Source: Alphaproteobacteria bacterium (GTDB taxonomy: Bacteria; Pseudomonadota; Alphaproteobacteria; UBA6615). Taken from it: a stretch of 64,000 nt of DNA. Below are positions 48,243-56,950 of the stretch, in pieces; position 1 is the stretch's first letter; every line of letters begins with the position of its first letter. The notes beneath the pieces were generated by a model that saw nothing but the letters and a program-made list of their open reading frames with translations, did not search any database and was not told where the DNA came from. The position numbers and the translations under genes were made by a program. Where the stretch lies: the NCBI GenBank assembly GCA_028279245.1, contig JANQOE010000040.1:4121-68120 (forward strand), written 5' to 3'.

Positions 48243-49100
48243 CTAGCCCTTGATTGCCCCGGCGGCGATGCCCTGCATCACCCGCCGCTGGGTCAACACA
48301 AACACGATGACCACGGGCACGGTTGTCAGTGTGGCCAATGCCATGATCCCCTGGAAGTTGGTGCCCAGCTCGCTGTTCATGCTCAGCAGCGCCGCCGGCA
48401 GCGTGTAGGTGTCCGGCGTCCGCGAAATCACCAGGACCGGGAACCACTGCGACCAATTCAGCAGGAAAGTCACCAGCGTCACGGTTCCCACCACCGGCCG
48501 CGCCACCGGTAATACCACCCGGAACAACACCCCCAGCTCCGACGCCCCATCCATCAGCGCCGCGTCGATCAGCTCCTTCGGAAACGACCGGAAGAACTGC
48601 TCGAACAGAAAGAATTGGATCGGCCCCAGGCTGAGGAACAGGATGATGCCGCTGTAGCTCCCCAACAGGCCCAGGTGAAACATCACGATGAACACCGGGA
48701 TAACCAGCAGCATGAAGGGGTACATGATCGTCAGCAAGAAGCCGTAGCGGATCAGGTTGAAGCCCAGCATCTTGGGCCGCCGCGTCAGCGCGTAGGCGCC
48801 CAGGGCCGTCACCACCACGGCAATCGCCGTCGACGCCGTGGTGATCCAAAAACTGTTGACCGTCAGCCGCAACAGCGACGCTCCGCCGATCGAAGTGATC
48901 TCGCCATAGGCCGACAGGTTGAACACCTCCGGCAGCAGGCGCAGCGGCGCCGTCAGGATCTCTTCGGTCGTCCGGAACGAGCCGACGAACATCCAGTAGT
49001 ACGGATAGACAAACAGGATCGACAGCGAGATCGCACACGCATAGGCCAGGACGTAAGGGATCCGCGCGGTCATCGCCAATCCGTCCGTTCCAGCGCCCAA
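48243..49100 (-). CDS. Carbohydrate ABC transporter permease (MalG/UgpE-like)
   Basis: 6 TM segments and EAA-like loop …ELIDAALMDGASELGVLFRVVLPVARP…. Confidence 0.85.
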   Translation of the reverse strand: MGAGTDGLAMTARIPYVLAYACAISLSILFVYPYYWMFVGSFRTTEEILTAPLRLLPEVFNLSAYGEITSIGGASLLRLTVNSFWITTASTAIAVVVTALGAYALTRRPKMLGFNLIRYGFLLTIMYPFMLLVIPVFIVMFHLGLLGSYSGIILFLSLGPIQFFLFEQFFRSFPKELIDAALMDGASELGVLFRVVLPVARPVVGTVTLVTFLLNWSQWFPVLVISRTPDTYTLPAALLSMNSELGTNFQGIMALATLTTVPVVIVFVLTQRRVMQGIAAGAIKG

Positions 49101-50002
49101 TAGAGCGCATAGGTCAACACCAGCACCAATCCGAACAGTGTCGAAGCCATCGCCATCGCCTCACCGTAGGACGCCTGCTCAAACTTCTGGAAGGCGTAGT
49201 AGGAGATGAAGTTGGTCGAGAAGTTCGGCCCGCCCTTCGTCATCACCACAACGACTGTGAACGTCTTCAGGAATTGGATCAGCGCGAACACGACATTGAT
49301 GGTGATCGCCGGCCGCAACTGCGGCAGCGTGACGTACCAGAAGCGCTGCCACGCCGTTGCCCCCTCCAACTCCGCCGCCTCGTCCAGCGCGGGGTCGAGC
49401 AACTGCATATTGGTCAGGAAGATGATCGTGTAGAAGCCAACATGCTTCCACAGCTCCGCGACGACCAGCGCCGACAAAACCGTATCGGAATCAGCGATCC
49501 CGCCGAACAGCGGTAGCCCCAGGCTGCCCAGCGCCGCATTCACCGCCCCGAAATTCTGGTTGTACATCCACTTCCAGACGATGAAGCCGGCCACATCCGG
49601 CGTGATCACCGGCAGGAACACCGCCAGCCGAAAGAACGTATTGCCCCGTTTCAGATACCGGCTGCTCAGCAACACCGCGTAGCCCAGCGCGAAGGCCACG
49701 TTCAGCACGACGGAAATAGCGGTGTAGAACAGCGTCACGTTTAGGGACGCGATGAACCGCCGGTCGGAGAAGATAGTCTCGAAATTCTCCAGGCCGACAT
49801 AGTCGGGGTTCAGCCGGAAGGCGGTCGCCGAACTGGCGAACGACAGCACCAGACTTTGCGCGATCGGCCACAGCCCAAACACCACGACCAGCGCCGCGAA
49901 CGGCAGCACGAACAGGTACAGCACCCGGTAGCGCCACATCTCCCGCGCCCATGCGGGCAGGGCTGTCGGTTGCGTCATCGGTATGGAGGCCGTTACCGCC
50001 AT
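49070..50002 (-). CDS. Carbohydrate ABC transporter permease (MalF/UgpA-like)
   Basis: EAA-loop LDEAAELEGATAWQRFWYVTLPQLRP; 6 TM segments. Confidence 0.85.
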   Translation of the reverse strand: MAVTASIPMTQPTALPAWAREMWRYRVLYLFVLPFAALVVVFGLWPIAQSLVLSFASSATAFRLNPDYVGLENFETIFSDRRFIASLNVTLFYTAISVVLNVAFALGYAVLLSSRYLKRGNTFFRLAVFLPVITPDVAGFIVWKWMYNQNFGAVNAALGSLGLPLFGGIADSDTVLSALVVAELWKHVGFYTIIFLTNMQLLDPALDEAAELEGATAWQRFWYVTLPQLRPAITINVVFALIQFLKTFTVVVVMTKGGPNFSTNFISYYAFQKFEQASYGEAMAMASTLFGLVLVLTYALYWALERTDWR

Positions 50003-50073
50003 CTAACTCACCGGTAAGGGTAAGAAATGGTGGCCGGTCCTGTCACCCAACCGGCCACCCAGCTAGGGAGGAG

Positions 50074-51354
50074 CTAGCTTTTCTTTTCGTCCGCCAGTGC
50101 CTGCAAATCGGCAGCCAGCGATTCGACATACGCCGACCAATCATCTGGCGGGTTATCGATCGCGTCCAGCAGACGGGCGTGATACTCAGCCTCGATCTCC
50201 GGGTAGGCCGGGTTGATCGACTCCGGGAAATCATAGGCATTCAGGTTGTGCTCCGGTTTCGCGAAGAACAGCCGGTTCGGGCTCAACCCTTCCATCTCAA
50301 AATCGCCGCGGACCGCCGCGCCGACATTGTTCAGCGAAGCAGCTTGCGCTTCCTTGGTCAGCATGAACTTGGCGAAGGCCAGCGAAGCATCCTTGTTCGG
50401 TGCATTCTCCGGCACCGCCACGCCGCGCATGCCGCCGATGACCACGGCGTTGGTATCGCCCTCGGCGAACTTCGGCCACGACCCGATCGTGAAGTCGCCG
50501 GTGATCGCTTCCGCGTCCCACTTCTTCACGTTCCAATCGCCGACCCGGAACATCCCGGCCCGGCCGCCTTCGATCACCTGATACATCTCGGCAAAGCTGT
50601 GGTTCACCGAATCCGGCGCCACATATTTGTAGTCGGTGAACAGCTTCATCACCTCGATCAGCACTTCCTTGTGCCGCGGCTGGTTGATGACGACCTGACC
50701 GTCCGGGTCGAGCAGCGTGTGACGCAGGCCCGTGCCGAACGTGTAGAGGTCGAGCATATGGATCAGGTCGCGCGGATTGGCGGCCTCGATCGCAATGCCG
50801 AACGTGTCGGCCTGCCCGTTCCCGTCGGGATCCTCTTCCTGGAACTTCTGCGACACCCGCAGCACATCTTCCCAGGTCTCCGGAAACGGTTCGCCAACCG
50901 CCTCCAGCCAGCTTGTCCGGGCGCCAAAGCCCATCTGCACGCGCTGGATCGGCAGGATGATCATCCGGTCTTCATAGGTGGCGACGCCGATGTCCGCATC
51001 GCTCAGGAAGGCCTTGTCCTCGATCGACGCGAACGCGTCGCTCAGATCCATCACCTTGTCGGTCTGGTTCTGAATACGGATGACCCGCTCATAGTTGTTG
51101 TAGATCAGGTCCGGTGCGGAATCCGTGTTGATCGCCGCGATCACTTTGCCGAACCACTGATCGGTCGGAAAGGACACGGACTCGATGGTGATGTCCGGGT
51201 TTTCCTTCTGATAGAGCTCGTTGAGTTCATTGAACCAGTTGACGCCGTTGTCACCCAGGTCGTGCCACACGACCAAGGTTTCCGCGTAAGCCGCACTTGC
51301 GGTTGACACGAGAAAGGCTGCACCGGCCGCTGGAAGCCACTTCTTCAGCTGCAT
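50074..51354 (-). CDS. Extracellular solute-binding protein, family 1 (sugar ABC transporter substrate-binding)
   Basis: Signal peptide (AAGAAFLVSTASAAYA). Size and composition typical of MalE-like SBPs. First gene of a three-gene transporter operon. Confidence 0.8.
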   Translation of the reverse strand: MQLKKWLPAAGAAFLVSTASAAYAETLVVWHDLGDNGVNWFNELNELYQKENPDITIESVSFPTDQWFGKVIAAINTDSAPDLIYNNYERVIRIQNQTDKVMDLSDAFASIEDKAFLSDADIGVATYEDRMIILPIQRVQMGFGARTSWLEAVGEPFPETWEDVLRVSQKFQEEDPDGNGQADTFGIAIEAANPRDLIHMLDLYTFGTGLRHTLLDPDGQVVINQPRHKEVLIEVMKLFTDYKYVAPDSVNHSFAEMYQVIEGGRAGMFRVGDWNVKKWDAEAITGDFTIGSWPKFAEGDTNAVVIGGMRGVAVPENAPNKDASLAFAKFMLTKEAQAASLNNVGAAVRGDFEMEGLSPNRLFFAKPEHNLNAYDFPESINPAYPEIEAEYHARLLDAIDNPPDDWSAYVESLAADLQALADEKKS

Positions 51355-51470
51355 TGACGTCCTCCCGAAATGAACCCCGTCTATCGGGGTTGCGTTAGGT
51401 AAACGTTTTCCCTATACCATGGCCTGACGCCGGATGCAACGCGCATTCGCGCGAACCGGAGTGTCTGGCT

Positions 51471-52505
51471 GTGCGCCGCAACGCAACACGACAAAAAAAC
51501 GGCGGCAAACCGCCATCCATCGAGACCGTTGCCCGTGAAGCCGGCGTGTCGATTGCCACCGTGTCCCGCGTCGTTAACGGCATCAGCAACAAGGCGTCGG
51601 CCGACACCATCGACCGCGTGCAGCGCGTCATCGAAGAACTAGGCTACCGCCCGTCCCGCGCCGGCAGCGCCCTGCGCAGCCGTCAAAGCCGTATCGTCGC
51701 CCTGCTCGTCCCCGGCGCCGCCAGTGCCTACATGGCCGCCGTCGCCGCATCCGTTGAAGCGGCCCTGCGCGACCGCCAGAAGGTGATGATTCTGTGCGAC
51801 ACGGCGGAAGACGCCGGCGTGCAAGACGAACACCTGCGTGAGATGCGCGCCCAGATGGTCCGCGGCATCGTCATGCTGGGTGCGGTCGACAGCCCGGTGC
51901 TCGAACAGTTCCTCGACGAAGGCGAACCCCTCGTTTTCGTCAACCGCAAATCCCCGGGCGCGCCGGGCGGCGGTTTTGTCGGCATCGACAATGAACAAGC
52001 TGGCAGCGACATCGCCGCCTATCTCATCGAAGGCGACCGGGCGCCCTGCGCAGTGATCCACGCCGACCCGTCATCCTCCGCGACTGCGGAACGGCTCGTC
52101 GGCTTCCGCCAGGAACTGAAACGCCGCCGTGTGCCCCTCCCCCGAACCCGCATCCGCACGCACGCCAGCGTCGACCATCTGGAGATCGGCTACCGCTGCG
52201 CTAGTAAGCTATTGGACAGCGAAACCCGCCCCCGCAGCATCTTCTGCGCCAGTGACCTCATCGCCTACGGCGCCCATCGCCGCTGCCGTGAACTTGGGCT
52301 ACGGGTACCGGAGGACGTTCTGTTGTTCGGCTTCGACGACAACCCGCTCAACGACTGGGTCGCACCCTGGCTCAACACCGTCCACGTCCCCTACGAAGCC
52401 TTCGGCACCGCTGTCGTCGACTTGCTCGACACCATCTGGAACGGCACCCAAATCCAGCCCCCCCCGGAGATCTTGCTCCCCCACAAGATGGTCTTGCGCG
52501 TCTAG
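51471..52505 (+). CDS. LacI-family transcriptional regulator
   Basis: N-terminal HTH IETVAREAGVSIATVSRVVNG and periplasmic-binding-protein-like sugar-binding core. Confidence 0.9.
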   Translation: MRRNATRQKNGGKPPSIETVAREAGVSIATVSRVVNGISNKASADTIDRVQRVIEELGYRPSRAGSALRSRQSRIVALLVPGAASAYMAAVAASVEAALRDRQKVMILCDTAEDAGVQDEHLREMRAQMVRGIVMLGAVDSPVLEQFLDEGEPLVFVNRKSPGAPGGGFVGIDNEQAGSDIAAYLIEGDRAPCAVIHADPSSSATAERLVGFRQELKRRRVPLPRTRIRTHASVDHLEIGYRCASKLLDSETRPRSIFCASDLIAYGAHRRCRELGLRVPEDVLLFGFDDNPLNDWVAPWLNTVHVPYEAFGTAVVDLLDTIWNGTQIQPPPEILLPHKMVLRV

Positions 52506-52506
52506 C

Positions 52507-53175
52507 TCAATAGGTCCGCCGCAGTTCCGACAGCGCCATGCGTTTATAGGCTTCCACCAACGCGTCGCCCTCCGCACGTTCGACGGAAATTGCCAGGCGC
52601 ATGATGTCCTCGCCCAGATGCATGATGGTGAAAGCCGACATGGCAAGCGCCTGCGGATCCGCCTTCAACCCGACCCGCTGCATCGCCTGAGCCAGCAGGG
52701 TGCCGTTGCGCCGGCTGCCCTCGACCTCCAAGTCACGCAGTGTCTTGTCGGCAAGCATCGCCGTGCGAACGTCGCGAATCACCGGCTCACTCAGAAACAA
52801 ACCGTAATAGATGTCGATCAGCTTGCCGAACGCCTCGCATAGCTCATCGAGAGTCTTTACCCCAGCCAAACCCTCCTCAATACAAGCCCGCCCCTCGGCG
52901 TCGTAGCGTTCCGCCAGCGTGCGGATGATCGCACTCTTGTCGGGGAAGTATTGGTAGAGCGAGCCGATCGACACCCCGGCCAACCGCGCCACCTCGCTCA
53001 TCCGCATCGCGTCGCTGCCATCGGCGGTGATCAGCTCGGACGCGCAACGCAGCATCCGCTCCACCCGCTCGCGGCTTCGTTGCTGGGTGGGCATCCGCCG
53101 CAACGCCCCCGCGTCCGCATCGCCCTCCACTCGCTCAGGCATCCCCGCCATCTCCGCTCTCCTTAGATCCGCCAC
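52507..53175 (-). CDS. TetR/AcrR-family transcriptional regulator
   Basis: HTH MSEVARLAGVSIGSLYQYFPDKSAI. Confidence 0.85.
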   Translation of the reverse strand: MADLRRAEMAGMPERVEGDADAGALRRMPTQQRSRERVERMLRCASELITADGSDAMRMSEVARLAGVSIGSLYQYFPDKSAIIRTLAERYDAEGRACIEEGLAGVKTLDELCEAFGKLIDIYYGLFLSEPVIRDVRTAMLADKTLRDLEVEGSRRNGTLLAQAMQRVGLKADPQALAMSAFTIMHLGEDIMRLAISVERAEGDALVEAYKRMALSELRRTY

Positions 53176-53189
53176 CAGGATATCTGTTG

Positions 53190-53240
53190 ACTCTCATAAT
53201 ACGAGAGTTTATCACATTTATAAAAGTGAGAGTTCCTCAC
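53190..53240. promoter_or_regulatory. Two short palindromes in the TetR/NmrA divergent intergenic region (candidate TetR operators)
   Basis: ACTCTCATAATACGAGAGT (53190-53208; ACTCTC/GAGAGT arms) and GTGAGAGTTCCTCAC (53226-53240; GTGAG/CTCAC arms), just upstream of AGGAGG-ATG of the NmrA-like gene. Confidence 0.4.
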
Positions 53241-53256
53241 ATTTCAGGAGGCAAGA

Positions 53257-54108
53257 ATGCACCCAGAAAACCCCCGCCCCACCTTGGTTCTCGGCGCCAC
53301 CGGCAAGACCGGCCGGCGCGTCGCCCGACGCCTGGAAGACCTCGGTCTGGAGGTTCGCCGCGGCTCCCGCACCGGCAACCCGCGCTTTGACTGGCTGGAC
53401 CGCACCACCTGGACTCCTGCTCTCAATGGGGTCGGTGCCGTCTACATCACCTATCAGCCTGACCTCTCGGTGCCCGGCGCGGTTGACGCGATCCGCGACT
53501 TTGCCGCCGCCGCCCTCGCCGCCGGTCCCAAACGCCTTGTCCTGCTGTCCGGCCGTGGCGAGCCCGAAGCCGAACAGGCCGAACAAGCCCTACAAGACAG
53601 CGGCGCCGACTGGACCATCGTCCGCGCCAGCTGGTTCGCGCAAAACTTCAGCGAGGACTTTCTCCTGGACGCGGTGCGCAGTGGCGAGGTCACGTTGCCG
53701 ATCCGCGACGTTGGCGAACCATTCATCGACATCGGTGACATCGCCGAGGTCGTTGTCGCCGCCCTCACCGACCGCAAACACATTGGTCAGCTCTACGAGG
53801 TCACCGGCCCTCGCCTCATGACCATCGCCGACACGGTGGCCGAAATCGCCGCGGCGGCGGACCGGAACATTCGCTTCACCCGGATTCCGCTCGACGACTA
53901 TGCCGCCATGCTGAAGAACCTTGGCGTCCCTTCCGACCATGTGTCGCTGGTGACGTACCTGTTCGGCACGATCATGGACGGCCGCAACGAGTTCCTGACC
54001 GATGGTGTGCAGCGCGCCCTCGGCCGGCCACCGCGTGACTTCTCGGACTATGCCCGTGCGACCGCGGCGACGGGTATCTGGAACAACACGGATCAGGCCA
54101 CTGCCTGA
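53257..54108 (+). CDS. NmrA-family / atypical SDR NAD(P)H-binding protein
   Basis: LVLGATGKTGRRVARRL Rossmann start and overall NmrA-like length. Divergent from the TetR gene. Confidence 0.75.
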   Translation: MHPENPRPTLVLGATGKTGRRVARRLEDLGLEVRRGSRTGNPRFDWLDRTTWTPALNGVGAVYITYQPDLSVPGAVDAIRDFAAAALAAGPKRLVLLSGRGEPEAEQAEQALQDSGADWTIVRASWFAQNFSEDFLLDAVRSGEVTLPIRDVGEPFIDIGDIAEVVVAALTDRKHIGQLYEVTGPRLMTIADTVAEIAAAADRNIRFTRIPLDDYAAMLKNLGVPSDHVSLVTYLFGTIMDGRNEFLTDGVQRALGRPPRDFSDYARATAATGIWNNTDQATA

Positions 54109-54150
54109 ATCTCAACCCACGGCCGGCCTAGCGTCCGCGCTGGCCGGCCC

Positions 54151-55047
54151 CTAGTGCATCCCCGTGTAGCCGGCCGCGTTGAGCGTTTCCCGTGGAATCA
54201 CCAACCGCGCCGCCATGATCGGACGCGGCGATGTGCCAACCCGCAACTCGCCAACGATGCCAAGCAGCATGTAGGCCTCGTCACGCGCCAGATCGGTATG
54301 CGCACTCACGAAGTTGACCGCCGCGTTGGAAGCATCCTCCGTCGCCGCTTCCACCGTCGGACCGGTGCCGAGGATCTGGATCGAATCCTCACGTTCGATA
54401 ATCGGCCGCTCGACGTCACGGCCCTTTTGCACATCCACCCGCGCGCGCACCGTCGCGCTGCACTCGACCCCAAGGCCGCTGATGATCCCATCGCTGATAA
54501 CGGCATGCGGATCGGCAAACAATAACAACGCGCCCGGATGAAAGACCGGCAGATGCACCCGGCTCCCCACGCCCGCATCACGCTGATCGAAGTCGCCGCC
54601 ATAGCGTCCTGCATAGGACGGCTCGTAACCCTCCGGCGGCATCGTCGACAGGGTCCCCAGGTTCGGATAAAGCGGAATGGGAATCCGGCCGCCGAACCAA
54701 GCCTGCCCATCCCGGACTGGACAGGCGAGTGACCGCGGCTCCGAAAACTCCTTCGCCAGCACCCCGAAGTTTTTCAGAATGCCCGTTACGCCATCAGAAT
54801 GCAGTGTGATCTCTAACAGGTCGACAATCAGCGCATCGCCAGGTCCCGCGCCCTCCACGAAAATGGGGCCAGCCACCGGTGACAGCGGATGTCCTTCGCA
54901 CGCCGGGGTGAACGGCGTCGGCACATTGCGCACATCTTCGACCTCCGCCAGCGAACCCAGGACGTCGATGCTGATTTCCCCACCCGCGGCAATCCGCGCG
55001 GTCGGCGGTGTGTCCGGCTTGACGCTAAAGAGATAGGATTCGGCCAT
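54151..55047 (-). CDS. Acetamidase/formamidase (FmdA_AmdA) family protein
   Basis: Family-typical composition. The start at 55047 (MAESYLF…) has GGGAGG 9 nt upstream; the ORF extends to 55104. Confidence 0.6.
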   Translation of the reverse strand: MAESYLFSVKPDTPPTARIAAGGEISIDVLGSLAEVEDVRNVPTPFTPACEGHPLSPVAGPIFVEGAGPGDALIVDLLEITLHSDGVTGILKNFGVLAKEFSEPRSLACPVRDGQAWFGGRIPIPLYPNLGTLSTMPPEGYEPSYAGRYGGDFDQRDAGVGSRVHLPVFHPGALLLFADPHAVISDGIISGLGVECSATVRARVDVQKGRDVERPIIEREDSIQILGTGPTVEAATEDASNAAVNFVSAHTDLARDEAYMLLGIVGELRVGTSPRPIMAARLVIPRETLNAAGYTGMH

Positions 55048-55278
55048 CGGACATGTTCCTCCCTCAGCTTGTCGCCACAACAGACAGCCTAACCTTTCTT
55101 TCAAACCACTGTAACCAGTCAGTTTTCTGACGGCCGCATCGATACAAGTAAAACATTTGGAGAATTCTTTTAAAACAACACTGCAAATTGCGGATAAAAC
55201 AACTTGTTGAATAGCAGATCGGTCATTTATTTTAGATGTGTTACATCACGCTCCGTCCTCTGCACTGGGAAACAAACA

Positions 55279-55716
55279 ATGAGAATATTTGGCGGCAAAC
55301 GCCGGTGCAAAGCATCGTCGGCTCAAACGAACGATAACAACAAGACGGTGCTTGTTGTGGAGGACAACCGCGCGAACATGGAGCTGTTCCACGCGATGCT
55401 GCACAACGGTGGCCATACCGTGGTGGAGGCAAAGAACGGCTTCCAGGCAATGGAGCTCGCAGCGGAGCACCGGCCGGATCTGATCGTCATGGATATCCAG
55501 TTGCCCTGGGTGTCCGGCCGCTGCCTCTCCGGTCTCGATGTCACCCGCTGGCTGAAGCGGAACGAAGAGCTCCGCGAGATACCGGTCGTCATCGTCACAG
55601 CATTCGCCGTCAAGGAAGAAGAGGACAAGATCCTCGCGGCCGGTTGCGACGACTATCTGTTCAAGCCGGTGGACGTATCTCTCTTCCAGGAAACCGTCCG
55701 GCCTTACCTCAACTAG
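55279..55716 (+). CDS. Single-domain response regulator (CheY-like)
   Basis: VLVVEDNRANMELF…LIVMDIQLPWVSG…VVIVTAFA…DDYLFKP. ATG at 55279; the ORF is open from 55204. Confidence 0.8.
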   Translation: MRIFGGKRRCKASSAQTNDNNKTVLVVEDNRANMELFHAMLHNGGHTVVEAKNGFQAMELAAEHRPDLIVMDIQLPWVSGRCLSGLDVTRWLKRNEELREIPVVIVTAFAVKEEEDKILAAGCDDYLFKPVDVSLFQETVRPYLN

Positions 55717-55731
55717 CGTCCGGCGCGGCGG

Positions 55732-56082
55732 TCAAAGCACCGCTGCCGTCACCACGATTTCCACCAAATCGTTCCCGGCCAGGTCGGTACCGACACACGC
55801 ACGCTGCGGCCAGTTGTCCTTCTCGCCAACCCAATCGCACCACACGGCGTCCATCTCGGCCTTGGTCGCCATGTCACGCAGATAGACTGTCGCCTGCAAC
55901 AGGCCGCTCTTGCCACTGCCGGCTTCGCTCAAGATCTGTTCGATCGTCGCTAACGCGCCCGCGGTCTGCGTGGCTACAGTCGTCGCCCCGCCAGTATCCG
56001 TCGCCACCGCATAAACCAATCCAGAATGAACCACACCCCGGCACCGCCCGCGGCTCTTCCCGTGCAATCTCGTAATGCTCAT
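55732..56082 (-). CDS. RidA/YjgF-family reactive-intermediate deaminase-like protein
   Basis: 116 aa; …LLQATVYLRDMATKAEMDAVW…RACVGTDLAGNDLVEIVVTAA matches the YjgF/chorismate-mutase-like fold signature. Confidence 0.7.
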   Translation of the reverse strand: MSITRLHGKSRGRCRGVVHSGLVYAVATDTGGATTVATQTAGALATIEQILSEAGSGKSGLLQATVYLRDMATKAEMDAVWCDWVGEKDNWPQRACVGTDLAGNDLVEIVVTAAVL

Positions 56083-56139
56083 CTCTTCCCCGGTTGTTAT
56101 CCGCTTGCCAAGCCATCGGCCAAGCGGCAGCCGTCATTA

Positions 56140-56868
56140 TCACGCGGCCGGCTTTGTGTGGCGAGCCAACTGACACTCGTAAATGAGGCCGTACTCCTGG
56201 CCTTCAAACGCGAGCATGGTGTTGGTCTCCGGAGCATACGTGCTACGGATGTGAGACGCGACTGACCCATCGATCGTCAGCTGCTGCAACATCTCCACAA
56301 CCTGCACCTTACCTTCGCCGGGCACGTGCCTTGGACCGTGCGTCAGGATGCGGACATGCTCCTCAAAGTCCAGGATTGATCCGTTGTTGCCGCGGACACT
56401 GTAGACAACTCTGAACTCAGAGCCCGGCACGTAGTCATATACCCCATCAAGTGATCCCTCGACGTGATCGAACTCGAGCAGCAGACCGGTGTCCGGATAG
56501 GAGTACGCGATAATGCCGCCGACAAGCGTCCGGTCGCCCCGCAATCGGCTAGTCCAGCGATAACCATCCCGATCACTGGCGGCTTCTATAATTCCATCCT
56601 CAACGGATAGGACCTTCATGTGAATCGCGCGCGCGTCGCCATCACACGAATAGAACCACTCCTCCCCCACTTCCGGCAGGGGCGGTGGCGACCCCGCCAC
56701 AGCCGGCCCGCTGGCCATCATCAACGCCAGAGCAAATATCCCACACCGAGTTTGTCCATCGTAAGAACTGAGCATCATCCACCCCATGCATCCACTACTT
56801 TTGGGAGCATATTTGCCCAGTACTAAACGCCCACTAACGGTGAATGCCCATCCAAAAACCGTTGACAA
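56140..56868 (-). CDS. Hypothetical secreted protein
   Basis: Internal Met followed by a signal peptide (GIFALALMMASGPAVAGS). No known motif. Confidence 0.4.
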   Translation of the reverse strand: MSTVFGWAFTVSGRLVLGKYAPKSSGCMGWMMLSSYDGQTRCGIFALALMMASGPAVAGSPPPLPEVGEEWFYSCDGDARAIHMKVLSVEDGIIEAASDRDGYRWTSRLRGDRTLVGGIIAYSYPDTGLLLEFDHVEGSLDGVYDYVPGSEFRVVYSVRGNNGSILDFEEHVRILTHGPRHVPGEGKVQVVEMLQQLTIDGSVASHIRSTYAPETNTMLAFEGQEYGLIYECQLARHTKPAA

Positions 56869-56950
56869 AAAGGAGAATAAAAGGCATAATAATCAACGCT
56901 AACGAGACGGTCTGAAATATCTGAACACATTGATTATAAAGAGAAAACAT

